Assembly (NCBI GenBank): GCA_000004985.1
Contig: GG738893.1
Strand: one strand, 5' to 3'
DNA from: Naegleria gruberi
Lineage: Eukaryota
Length of the DNA stretch: 64,000 nucleotides
This document shows positions 18,386-29,277 of this stretch, piece after piece. Below the pieces are notes generated by a model. The model had not been told where the DNA came from. It did not search any database and saw only the letters and a list, made by a program, of their open reading frames with translations. A program made the translations under genes and the position numbers. Position 1 is the first letter of the stretch. The number at the start of each line of letters is the position of its first letter.

Positions 18386-20935
18386 TTAATCATCATTGCC
18401 AGCATACTTATTGTACACAGAACCCAGGAAGCTCTTTGGAATTTCCATTTTGTCCAGCCTTACAGGTTGTGGTTTGTTGTGAGGTCTGGAAAATGAAGAG
18501 CAACAAGCCCAAATAATATAACTAACTTGCACACTAAGCCATCTAGCATGTCCTCTGGAATCAACACATTCTGCCATTAATTCTTTTCTATTTCTATCAG
18601 AGCTGAACATTTTCATGAGAGAAGCTGAATCATTATTATTGGTGGATTTTAGATTTGAAGGAGGAAGATCAATACCTGGAATCTTTAAAGAATAGACATT
18701 GACTTCTGGGAGGTTAGGTAAGTGCTTATTAATTTGAGTTACAGCAAATCTGATAATGAAGAGAAGACCCAGTCTCGGGTATGTTGGGAATTCCACGTCT
18801 GGAATACCTTCCAACTTTTCTAATTCTTGTAAAATCTTTGGGATGTTAAATACTACATTATGTTGACTGCTAATTGTAACATTTTCAACATCTTTCTTTT
18901 TGAAAGAAATAATGCATTGTTTCAAAGAATGAATAAGCTCCTTGAAGGTTAATGGTGGGATAAATCCAACATCCATTGACATTCTCTCGTTTCTATTTGG
19001 CAGCTCAATAAGAGTCTTTTCAATAAGCATTAACAATGAAGGAATTGATATATCTAACGGAATGACCATGTCTAGTTCATCAACATGACTTGAAATATAC
19101 TCAAAGATCTTTAAAATAATGTTAGTCAGTGTCATACTACTAAAGTTAGGACACTCAATGTTTGGTTCATCCAATGTTTCAAACATCTCTGCAATAATTT
19201 CAAAAGCAGATGCAAAATTAGTTTCACCAAATCCTAAATCAATCTTCTTTTCGGTGAAATTCTTCATAAAGAAGCATCTTGATGCAATTCTACACACTGA
19301 GGATGGTTTCTCAAATGCTTTCACACCAGGAAGCCACACTTTTGGATCTTGAACTCTATCAATCTTCTTGATTAAATGTTCAAATACCATAAACTTGGAA
19401 AGTTTGAATAAATTCTTCTTTAAAATCTTTGAGATTGCAATCTCAGTTTCCTTTTCCTTTTTTTGTGTCTTGATATTTGATTTTAAGAAGATACCATGTC
19501 GACCTTCTTCTGTATTGAATTGACCATAATAAATGGTTGAAAACATTGTATAGGGGAATCTTCTTGCTCTCTTGTATGAACTCTCTTTCTTTTTTGAATT
19601 GTATGCGAAAGTGTAGATTGCTTGATCTGTTAAACATAATAATCTTTCTTGGAATTGACCTCTGTGATTAATCTTATTTACTGTCCATCCATACTTGAAT
19701 TCCTCAGCCTTCTTTGCTTGTATTCCTTCACTTTTTTCGTAATCTGCCCAATACTGATTGATACTCTCAATGCAGTTTTGTTTTTCTTCTTCTTTTAATT
19801 GGTAAAAGCTCTCAGAGTTTGAAATGATTTCTAATAAAGGATCCACGGTTTTAAAATTCAATGCAGCATAGTTTGTGAGATCCTTCATCAATTCAATAAG
19901 ATCGTCTTGTTCCTGATTTGTTATCTGTTCTAATTTTACAAATTTCTTTCTCATCATTTCAAATTTACAAGCAATTCCAATAGCTTTTGAAATTTCTTTT
20001 GGAGAAACATGACCAATGTGATATCTATAAACACCATAAATATACAAGGTCTTTTTACAAATATAACAAAAACCAGAATCTGGAGGTTTTGGTTTTCTAT
20101 CATCTTCACTGTTTCTAAACACTATTGTATCAACGGCATCTGCAATTTCATTTGCTTCCAAGCCATGTTCATGAGTTACAAGTCTGAAAGCACTGATTAG
20201 TGAAAGAATGGAATAACTACATTCCAGACTGCAAAAGTTACTTAGACAAAGGTCAACATTTCCTGCCTTTTCAAATGATTCCCAATCCACTTCAATCTTG
20301 AGGTCATAACTTGGAAGCAACATTTCACCCTTAATAGAATTTTGAGAAATTGAAATTGATCTTGTGATAAACTCTTGATAGTATTCTCTATTAACTCCTA
20401 GAAGAGAACCCAACTTTAACATGAAAGAATTACTGCCAACATCTCCCATAAGGGAAGGTCCTTCATCAAATACAACAGCAATTTGTAAATTTCCATCAAT
20501 AAGAGTTAATGTTGTAGAGTTAATATCAGATATTACCGAGTACTCTTCATCACATCGTTGATAATCTAATCCATCAGCAACAAATAATGTCTCGTTCACC
20601 AGCTCTTCTTTCAAGAATGGTTTTGCTGCTACCGTTATCTTTTTAACCTTTTGAGCAAAGGATGTTCTTATATTCTCGTAATCTTCTCTCTGTAATAAAA
20701 ACTCTATAACATCTAACAAGTGTCCGAGAATGAAAAAGCCATCCCAAACTTGAAGATGTTCCAGAGAATTTTCAAAGTTATTACTAAATTGTTTAATACT
20801 TGAAAAATTAACCTCTACATCTATCAGTTCTCCAATAAGGGACATAAGCTTGTCTTTAACAGCTGGTATAATCTCTCCCTTAATTTTATCCTCCATAATT
20901 TGAGCCTGAAGGTTAACTTTTACACTCATCTCCAA
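18386..20935 (-). CDS. Large hypothetical protein (849 aa)
   Basis: Single minus ORF from the track. It looks like a globular protein with no motif I can assign with confidence. Confidence 0.55.
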   Translation of the reverse strand: MEMSVKVNLQAQIMEDKIKGEIIPAVKDKLMSLIGELIDVEVNFSSIKQFSNNFENSLEHLQVWDGFFILGHLLDVIEFLLQREDYENIRTSFAQKVKKITVAAKPFLKEELVNETLFVADGLDYQRCDEEYSVISDINSTTLTLIDGNLQIAVVFDEGPSLMGDVGSNSFMLKLGSLLGVNREYYQEFITRSISISQNSIKGEMLLPSYDLKIEVDWESFEKAGNVDLCLSNFCSLECSYSILSLISAFRLVTHEHGLEANEIADAVDTIVFRNSEDDRKPKPPDSGFCYICKKTLYIYGVYRYHIGHVSPKEISKAIGIACKFEMMRKKFVKLEQITNQEQDDLIELMKDLTNYAALNFKTVDPLLEIISNSESFYQLKEEEKQNCIESINQYWADYEKSEGIQAKKAEEFKYGWTVNKINHRGQFQERLLCLTDQAIYTFAYNSKKKESSYKRARRFPYTMFSTIYYGQFNTEEGRHGIFLKSNIKTQKKEKETEIAISKILKKNLFKLSKFMVFEHLIKKIDRVQDPKVWLPGVKAFEKPSSVCRIASRCFFMKNFTEKKIDLGFGETNFASAFEIIAEMFETLDEPNIECPNFSSMTLTNIILKIFEYISSHVDELDMVIPLDISIPSLLMLIEKTLIELPNRNERMSMDVGFIPPLTFKELIHSLKQCIISFKKKDVENVTISSQHNVVFNIPKILQELEKLEGIPDVEFPTYPRLGLLFIIRFAVTQINKHLPNLPEVNVYSLKIPGIDLPPSNLKSTNNNDSASLMKMFSSDRNRKELMAECVDSRGHARWLSVQVSYIIWACCSSFSRPHNKPQPVRLDKMEIPKSFLGSVYNKYAGNDD

Positions 20936-21388
20936 TTCTTTTTAATTTTTTTGATGATGAAGAGAATGGCCAATGATCACTCAAACTTGTTTTACTGTTC
21001 TTAAAAAGTCGACATGGTATTTGCTGCTCTCTCAAGAAATAGTAATCAACATGCCAAAACTCTAAAACTCTGCTATCATTTTTTCAATTCAAAGACCATT
21101 ATTATTAAATAATAGTGCTTTATCAATAAGCTTTAGAATGGTTTTAAAGCATGTTAGTGAATTTGTCTTGCCTTAAAAAATAATATAAAATAATTCAAAC
21201 CAGAATAAATTCTTCTGCTCTTAAAAAATATCATCGGAAGAGTGGTACCATTAATGATATATAACAACTGATGAAGCAAATTGTGCCGCCTCAGGCGGAA
21301 AGTTAATATGTCGATAAACACTCTCATGACCTTTATTCTGATCTGTTTCTTTGATAATAAGATTATCAAATAGAGTTTCAATATTGAT

Positions 21389-22894
21389 TTGAATTTTGAT
21401 TTTTACATCCATCAAAAAATGAGAAGAAGCTTGTTATTGAGGAGAAAGAATGTTTGCTCTTCCGAATTTAATTTAATGAAGAGTGCTATTACTTGCACTG
21501 CTACTTCTTCTAAAATGTCTTTCGGAACAAGCCAATACAATTTTGCAACAAGGAGAGTTATTGCTAATGGTGATAATACAGAGGATGAGTTGTCGAGAGA
21601 ATTATCACCTCTCTATCCAAAAATTAAAACAACAAGATTATTTACACTTTTATATAGTGGACAAATGTTTTCGGATTTGGCACTATCAGATGCAACCTTG
21701 CAACGAGTTAAAACAATTTTGAATGATTCTCTCTTCCTAGGAGTGGATAAACCAAGTCATAGATTTATTGATGAGGAAATTAAAACCAGAAGACAAAAAG
21801 TTCCAATAGTAACAATTATGGACTTGTTATCGTATGATGAAAAGGAAATTGCAGCTTTGGATAATCAAATGCAAATATATCAACAAACAACTAAAGAGCT
21901 TGCACCTCAGGACAAATGGAATTATTGTGACGTTCTCATTAAGAAAATTAATCACTCACTGGAAAGCAATGAAATAAGACGTGTGGATCCACTTATGAAA
22001 TTATTGACAAACATTTTGAAATCATTAGGAGTTGAATCACCAGAAGAACACCCAACAATTTGCTATTTAATGAACAAAAGACTGCTTCACGATGCAGATA
22101 GAGAATTTTATAAGGCAAACGAAGAACTGTTGCAAACAATGAGGAGTATGCCAAAAGATGTTTTTGATAATGACAAAGATGTAAATAGAAAGAAGGTAGT
22201 CGACTCTGCAAAGGCAGAACAATTAGCAAAATTATTAATTGGAGATTTCAAATTTAAGAGGGCAATTTACATGATGCAATTATCTGCAGAGGTTTACGAT
22301 ATTATATTGGAGAAGCACAGAGAGCACTTTACTCAAAAAGAAATTGAAATTATCAAATCAGATCGCGAAAGAAGATACTACTGTCTCATTCAGCTACATG
22401 CTTTTGTATCTTCTTTGGCAAGTGAATATGCTCATGTCTGTAGAAAAGACTCTAGGGAATATTATGTAGATAATGGAAATGCTTTATATTTGCTAATGAC
22501 TAGAGATTATTCAATTGATGCCAGGAAAGAAGGAAAGCTCAAGTCAGCTTTCAGAAAAGAAGCCAGTATTAATGCATTTGCTGTAACCAAGTATATTCGT
22601 CATTTGAAAAAGAAGTCACCAGAAATTGAGAAACGTTATCCAATGGTTAAAATTGTTGGACTCAATGCTACCAGATCTCTATTACCACACAGATTTAGAA
22701 ATCTTGCACTCGTACTTGTAGCATTGGGATTGATCTATTTATGCTATCTGATAGTTCTCTACATTTTGGATATTAGAAAAGCAGATAGAGAAATTGCAGA
22801 AGCAAAAGCTCAACGAAGACGAGAAATGATTGAAATTCTGAAACCTCAGACTGAAACTGAAAAACAACTTTCAAATGATGACGATGAGTTTTAA
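21389..22894 (+). CDS. Hypothetical protein (501 aa or less) with one C-terminal transmembrane segment (tail-anchored topology)
   Basis: ORF from the track. The C-terminus has the hydrophobic span NLALVLVALGLIYLCYLIVLYIL followed by a charged tail. The true start may be the downstream Met (MKSAITC or MSFGTSQ). Confidence 0.45.
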   Translation: MNFDFYIHQKMRRSLLLRRKNVCSSEFNLMKSAITCTATSSKMSFGTSQYNFATRRVIANGDNTEDELSRELSPLYPKIKTTRLFTLLYSGQMFSDLALSDATLQRVKTILNDSLFLGVDKPSHRFIDEEIKTRRQKVPIVTIMDLLSYDEKEIAALDNQMQIYQQTTKELAPQDKWNYCDVLIKKINHSLESNEIRRVDPLMKLLTNILKSLGVESPEEHPTICYLMNKRLLHDADREFYKANEELLQTMRSMPKDVFDNDKDVNRKKVVDSAKAEQLAKLLIGDFKFKRAIYMMQLSAEVYDIILEKHREHFTQKEIEIIKSDRERRYYCLIQLHAFVSSLASEYAHVCRKDSREYYVDNGNALYLLMTRDYSIDARKEGKLKSAFRKEASINAFAVTKYIRHLKKKSPEIEKRYPMVKIVGLNATRSLLPHRFRNLALVLVALGLIYLCYLIVLYILDIRKADREIAEAKAQRRREMIEILKPQTETEKQLSNDDDEF

Positions 22895-23008
22895 ATAAAT
22901 TTCAATTTCAAATTGTTTTTTATCACTAAACATGTTGCAACATCAATTTCCAACATGAAATAAATATTTGAAGTTGATTAATATAATAAATTCAGAAAAC
23001 ATAAAAAA

Positions 23009-26000
23009 ATGGTCAACATTAGCTCGGAGAAACTTCATCAAACACAACAAGATACTGAACATGTGAGAAATATTTGTATTATTGCTCACGTTGATCACGG
23101 AAAAACAACATTATCAGATTTTTTAATATCCAGTAATGGAATCATCAGTAGTAACTTGGCAGGAAAGATGAGATACATGGATAGTACAGCCTACGAACAA
23201 GAAAAGAGAATTACAATGAAAAGTAGTGCTATTAGTTTATTATATAAAGATAAAAACGATGAAAATTCGGATGAATATATAATTAATTTAATCGATTCAC
23301 CAGGGCACGTGGATTTTAGTAGTGAAGTGAGTACAGCAGCAAGACTTTCCGATGGATGTTTAGTGTTAGTGGATGTTGTTGAAGGTGTTTGTACACAAAC
23401 AAAGACAGTTCTTGAACAAGCCTTCAGAGAAAATATTAAACCATGTCTAGTTTTAAATAAGATTGATCGTTTGATACTTGAAAAACAAATGACACCAATG
23501 GAAGCTTACAAACAAATGTTACACATTTTACAACAAGTCAACGTATTATTGACAACTTTTGTTACAGTTCAATTATTCAAGAAAATTAATGAACAAGATG
23601 AAAAGAAGGAAGATACAAAGGAAGAGGAAACAAAGGATCAATCAAAGCAACAATATGACAATGTTTTTGATGATAATGAAGTTGACAGTAATGACTTTTT
23701 CTCACCATCAAAGGGTAACGTTTTGTTTGCTAGTGCCTATGATGGTTGGGGATTTAGAATTAATGATTTTAGTGAAATTTTCTCAAAGAAGATGGGTATG
23801 AATAAGAATACACTTCAACAAACACTTTGGGGTGATTTTTATTTGAATCCAAAGAAGAAAGCAATCTCAAAAAAGCCAATCAAAGATGATCAACCAAATA
23901 TGTTTGTTCAATTCATTTTGCAAAACATTTATAGTGCATACGATTGTTTACTGATTAATCGTGATGAAGAAAAGATTAAGAAAATGATCCAAGCTTTAGA
24001 TTTGAATTTATCTAAAGCATTCTTGTCAAAGAATGATCACAAGAGTCAGCTTAAAACATTGATGAATCAATGGTTACCAATGTCTGATTCCATCTTATCT
24101 ATGGTTGTTAGCAGGTTACCAAATCCAAAAGAAGCTCAAAAGGAAAGAGTCTTAGACCTTATTCCAGAATTAAAGACAATCAAGGATAAAACCAATGAAA
24201 CTAAGAAATCAAACCAAGTCAATGCTGAAATTAGAACTCAAAGAAGAAAGCTGAAGAAGAATTTAATGCAATGCGACAAGAGTGATAATGCTGAAGTGTT
24301 GATTTTCGTTTCAAAGATGTTCGAAGCTGATGAAATACCAACCCAAGGTGGTTCAGCAACTAAGATAGATCAAATCCAACTTCAAAGAGAAAGATTGAGA
24401 AAACTCAGAGAAGAAAGATTAAAGCAAAAGGAGCTCGGAGAAACTTCCACAACAGAAACTGACTCTGCTCAACCTACTGAAGGTTCTGAATCAACAGAAA
24501 CAAATGAAGAAAATAACCAAGAGAATGATACTGAAGCAAGCAAGCTTGTTGCTTTTTGTAGAATTTTCAGTGGTACAATCAGAGTTGGACAAACTTTGCA
24601 TATTCTTGGCCCAAGATACAATGCTTCCAATCCTAATGAAGATCGTATCGAATTCAAGGTTGATAAGCTCTTCCTTTTGATGGGTAGAGGTCTGGAATGT
24701 GTTGATAGTGTGCCAGCTGGTAATATTTTCGGTTTGGGTGGTGTTGGTAAGCATATTTTGAAAACTGCCACTATTTCATCAAGCACTCATTCACCAATCT
24801 TCTCGGCAATGTATGTCCAATCTATTCCTATTGTTAGATTTGCTATAGAACCACAAAATTTGATGGATATGCCAAAATTGGTTAAGGGTCTCAAACTCTT
24901 GAACCAAGCCGATCCATCTGTTGAAGTACTTGTACAAGAAACAGGTGAACATGTTATTGTCACTGCTGGAGAAGTCCATGCCGAAAGATGTATAAGAGAT
25001 TTGAATGAAAGATTCGCCAAGGTTCCAATAACTGTTTCTCCACCACTTGTCAGTTTCAGAGAAACTATTATTGAACAACAAAAGGAACCAGTAATAGCCT
25101 CTAAGAAAACTGGTAACAAGAGATGGACCATCAAGATTAAGGCTATTCCACTCCCTGAAAATATTGCCCACTACATCGATAAACATAAGGAAGATTTCAG
25201 AGCTTATTTCTCTAACGACTCTAGAAGAACATCCAAGTCTGTCTTTGTTACCTCTGAGGTTATTGATGGATTGAAACAACAATTTATTGATGCAGGAAAG
25301 CAATGGGAAACTGAGTGGGATAATGTGTGGTGTTTAGGTCCAAGAAGAATTGGTCCAAATGTACTCTTGAATCACATTCCAGATTACAAAACACCAAACT
25401 TTGAACCTTTGCACAAACAAGTTGCTGACATGTTGGCAGAAAATGAAGACGAAGAAACAACAGCAACAGAGGAACCAGTTGAAACATCTGAAAGAATAGA
25501 ATCCCTTAAACAATTTGATCACAGTTTTATTTCAGGCTTCCAACTTGCTACAAACTCTGGTCCATTGTGTGACGAACCAATGTATGGCGTTTGTTTCTGT
25601 ATTGAAGATGTAGTTTTCGAAACTGAGGGAATTCATGACGAAGACTTTGGTGGTCCATTTACTGGACAAATCATGAGTTCAATGAAGACTGCTTGTAGAA
25701 AATCCTTTGATAACAGTCAAAGAAGATTGGTAGAAGCCATGTACGATTGTGAAATTCAAGCTACCAATGAAAGTGTTGGTAGTGTTTGTGATGTTTTGAG
25801 AAGAAGAAGAGCCAAGATTTATTCAGATGATATGGAGGAAGGAAGTGGTCTCTTCATTATCAAATGTCACTTGCCAGTTGCTGAAAGTTTTGGATTTTCA
25901 GAAGAATTAAGAACAAGAACAAGTGGTGCTGCTCAACCTCAAATTGCATTCTCACATTGGCAAATTCTCGATGTGGATCCATTCTTTGTTCCAACCACTG

Positions 26001-26158
26001 AAGATGAGCTTGAAGAATGGGGAGAAAAGGGTCTTATCAATATTCCAAATATTGCCAAGCAATATATTGATGCTGTAAGAAAGAGAAAGGGTTTGATGCT
26101 TGACAAGAAGACTGTTGAATCTGCTGAAAAGCAAAGAAACTTATCAAAGAAGAAGTAA
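23009..26158 (+). CDS. Elongation factor-like GTPase 1 (EFL1/Ria1-type, EF-2 superfamily; 1049 aa)
   Basis: ORF from the track. The N-terminus reads NICIIAHVDHGKTTLSDFLISSNGIISSNLAGKMRYMDSTAYEQEKRITMKSSAISL, then NLIDSPGHVDFSSEV and LNKIDRL. A long acidic insertion sits between the G domain and domain II. EF-2-like domains IV and V follow. Confidence 0.7.
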   Translation: MVNISSEKLHQTQQDTEHVRNICIIAHVDHGKTTLSDFLISSNGIISSNLAGKMRYMDSTAYEQEKRITMKSSAISLLYKDKNDENSDEYIINLIDSPGHVDFSSEVSTAARLSDGCLVLVDVVEGVCTQTKTVLEQAFRENIKPCLVLNKIDRLILEKQMTPMEAYKQMLHILQQVNVLLTTFVTVQLFKKINEQDEKKEDTKEEETKDQSKQQYDNVFDDNEVDSNDFFSPSKGNVLFASAYDGWGFRINDFSEIFSKKMGMNKNTLQQTLWGDFYLNPKKKAISKKPIKDDQPNMFVQFILQNIYSAYDCLLINRDEEKIKKMIQALDLNLSKAFLSKNDHKSQLKTLMNQWLPMSDSILSMVVSRLPNPKEAQKERVLDLIPELKTIKDKTNETKKSNQVNAEIRTQRRKLKKNLMQCDKSDNAEVLIFVSKMFEADEIPTQGGSATKIDQIQLQRERLRKLREERLKQKELGETSTTETDSAQPTEGSESTETNEENNQENDTEASKLVAFCRIFSGTIRVGQTLHILGPRYNASNPNEDRIEFKVDKLFLLMGRGLECVDSVPAGNIFGLGGVGKHILKTATISSSTHSPIFSAMYVQSIPIVRFAIEPQNLMDMPKLVKGLKLLNQADPSVEVLVQETGEHVIVTAGEVHAERCIRDLNERFAKVPITVSPPLVSFRETIIEQQKEPVIASKKTGNKRWTIKIKAIPLPENIAHYIDKHKEDFRAYFSNDSRRTSKSVFVTSEVIDGLKQQFIDAGKQWETEWDNVWCLGPRRIGPNVLLNHIPDYKTPNFEPLHKQVADMLAENEDEETTATEEPVETSERIESLKQFDHSFISGFQLATNSGPLCDEPMYGVCFCIEDVVFETEGIHDEDFGGPFTGQIMSSMKTACRKSFDNSQRRLVEAMYDCEIQATNESVGSVCDVLRRRRAKIYSDDMEEGSGLFIIKCHLPVAESFGFSEELRTRTSGAAQPQIAFSHWQILDVDPFFVPTTEDELEEWGEKGLINIPNIAKQYIDAVRKRKGLMLDKKTVESAEKQRNLSKKK

Positions 26159-26317
26159 AATATCTTGCTGATCACCCTTATTTAAACTTTGAGTCAACAG
26201 TCACAAATCACTTGATTAATCCCAAGTTTTACGACGTTCAATTCAAGTTTCCCATTTATTGAACTTGTGAATTACTAAATGAGAGAAACCAAATTAGTAT
26301 ATTGTTTACAATCTTTA

Positions 26318-29144
26318 TTAATTAGTATATTCAAGTAAAGTATTAAAAACCCATCTAATAATTGTGTTTTTAATTATTACACTTTCGACTCCCAATGGTT
26401 GCGAGAGAGCATGTTTAATCTTTGCTTCTTTATCACCATTAAAACTAATTAGTGCGTCAATAATATTTTCAAAATCACTTCCATAAATTTCAACAATCAC
26501 AAGCCTGTTTTCGGATATTCCAATACACTCTTTCAATAAAACATGTATTTCGTCTTCTTTCCAACATTTTGGAGTTAATTTATCGAGAACAACATTACCA
26601 ATTATTATCCTTCCTGAAGCTCTCTGTAATGCTGGAATATTTAAAACACTAGTAGAATATTGTGAAACAGTGTGCATTTGAGAGGATCCAATATTTGCAA
26701 TATTTGATGATATATCTGAAAAAGGAGTATGTGAATATTCTAAAGTTTGTGGGGATGAATTATTTTGAAAGAATCCAGACTGAAAACAAATCATTTCTCT
26801 ATACAAATCTTTCTTTTTCGTACAGTAATTATGAAATAGAGAATACAATTCATTGCTTAATAAATTCTGCAAGCCCTTCTTAGACAGTAATAATACTTGA
26901 AAACCTCCTTTCTTCAATTGTAACCAAGACTCTGTTCCAACCCTTGACTTTGTGTAGCTTAATTTTCCATCGTCCTGTAAATAGCATGTTTCTGTTATTA
27001 GAAGTGATCCAGAATTATCAGCATTATTTTCAATGACTCTCTGCAATTCGTCTGAAAATCCCAGAACTACCATTATTAATAAAAAGTGTAAATTATCTCC
27101 CTGTAATGATGGTTTTTCATCACAGCTATAGGTATTGGGTAGGAAATTTACCGCTTGATCGATTTCCTTTTGTAAAAGATCCTTAGTAAAATTCTTTTCA
27201 AACAATTCCACATCAAACAATAATAATTTTCTTAATAATTGAGATGAAGTTTTGTTCAAAGTTATTAATATATCAAATCCAGTATTTGTTTCTCCACCAG
27301 GAATAGCAGCACAAAATTGATTTCCACTCATAGCGTCATCTAACACTGAAATAAATGATGTATAACTAGTTTTTAGGTACTTTCCAAATCCCATCGTTTG
27401 GTAGTCGAACTTCTCAGTCGTACTTGTTGGTGAAAATCCAGGAATTAACTTATTATGTGTTTCAAAATTGGAAGGTAATTCTAAATTACTAAAAAAGGTA
27501 TCTTTGAATATGCCACCACATAAATCCCCAAATAGAATAACTTCTCTTGTTTTTGTAAATGAGATAACTAACATTTCAGCCAATAGATCAATGACCGATA
27601 ATTCCAATGCCTTGGGAGCTTTGAGAACATTGTTATTGTTTTGCAATAATTGGTAACGAATTCCACTGATAGGTGCTTTAAATTGTGCCAAGTTCTTTAA
27701 AATACTATCTTTCATTAGCTTGGGAATGATAATCTTGATGACATTATCTTCCAAAACTTGAAAATGGAGTTTCAAATAAGGAATTATTTCAATCAAGTTT
27801 CTCCAACTCCTGTTAAAGTATATTTTCTAAAACTATTATTAAATCCATAACTAATATACTCACTGTTTGTAAGGGTATTGCAACATCAAAGGAATGGATA
27901 AAATATAATTGAGCCACTAAATTGGCTTCTTCTCTAGTCTTGATATTGATGGTTATATCACTTTGTTTTTGATCAGAATTTACAACAGCTTTACAAATTT
28001 TCTCTCTTGATGATAAATCATTCAAGTTGTACAATATGCTTTTGAATGCATTTTCCATTATTCTAGGAACAGTACCTGTATAATCCACAAGAATATCTAT
28101 AAATTCCTCAATATCATTTAATCCTAACAACTTGAAAGCATCTAATAGTGAAATTTTGCATTCCCCTTTTTGCACAACACTTTGTTCAAGCAATATTTGA
28201 ATAACTTCTTTTGTCATTGAGGACAAAAAGACAAGACAGTAATCAGAAGGTAAACTTCCTTTGAATATTTGATTATTTTCTTGCAAAGCCAAATGTACTG
28301 GAATATGTCCACTAAATATAACAGTACTCCTAATGGGAGTAATAAGGTGAGTAACATCTGACCATAATTCTTGAAACCGACTCAAATACAGATCATCACA
28401 ACCTATCTTACATGTGTTCCATTTAGAATCTTTCAATTGTCCTTCAAAATCATTCAACAAAATTGCATCTACTTCATCAATAAATACTAAATATCCTTCA
28501 GGTAAGGATTCATCACTATTTAAAGCTTGAAATATTTGGCTTGCTGAATAATGCTCTTGATTTGTAATATTCTTCAATTTTTGGTGAAATCTTCGTCGTT
28601 GTTTTAAAAGTTCTGGTGGTGTGTTTTCTATTGCTTTTTGAATTAATTGGCATTCATAGGACCAAACCACAAAATCAGCAATTTTTTGGCTCATACTTTC
28701 AATAGTTTGCCCTGAATAAAGAACTATGGGAAAATATCTAAAATCCAATTCAAATAACTGTAAGTCTCTAATCCATTTGTACTCCTCTTTCCATACGCCA
28801 TATTTGAATTCATATACCTCTCTGAACCTTCTTACCAAACTCGTTTTACCAATTCCAAAAGTTTGAAATAGGGACACTAATTTACTATTGCTCAGAGACG
28901 AATGCTTATTGGAAGCTAAGGTATTAACGATTCGTTCAGCTTCTTTTTCACGATTTACAAATTTTAAACGTAACGTTGCGGTTGTGAGGTCTTTTGTTGC
29001 TATGCTCGTACCAATTTTGTTTGCACTATTCGTTGGCGAAGTAGGTTTGGAATTGGAAGAATTGTTGGATGTGGTGGCTTCTTGCTTGTTCTTTTTGTTG
29101 AGCATTTCGTGCTCTGCAAGTTTATCCAGTTTTCGTTTATGCAT
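26318..29144 (-). CDS. STAND/NB-ARC-like P-loop NTPase, 2 exons (about 929 aa)
   Basis: Model: join(complement(27864..29144), complement(26318..27826)). On the minus strand the donor is ACA|GTGAGT and a 37-nt intron ends at TTTTAG, with the frame preserved (..AIPLQT|KIYFNRSWRNLIEII..). It has a P-loop FQTFGIGKTSLV about 95 residues in, and a Walker-B-like YLVFIDEVDAIL. A long alpha/beta C-terminal region follows. Confidence 0.55.
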
Positions 29145-29277
29145 TTTTTTTCGCTTAGTTTGCGTGTAATCCTCACAGTAATGGAATGGTAGCTTTCAAT
29201 ATTACTATTAGAATTAAGGTATTGCCTTAAAGTTTAGAAATTCTAGAAGTGTAAATTCATTCTTATCAGGTAGTCCT

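Noticed and set aside
24469-25522. Cluster of minus-strand ORFs (24469..24786, 24491..24754, 24787..25134, 24791..25303, 25284..25487, 25334..25522)
   Set aside because: All lie antisense inside the EFL1-type GTPase CDS. They are out of frame with each other and show no domain signal, so they are shadow ORFs.
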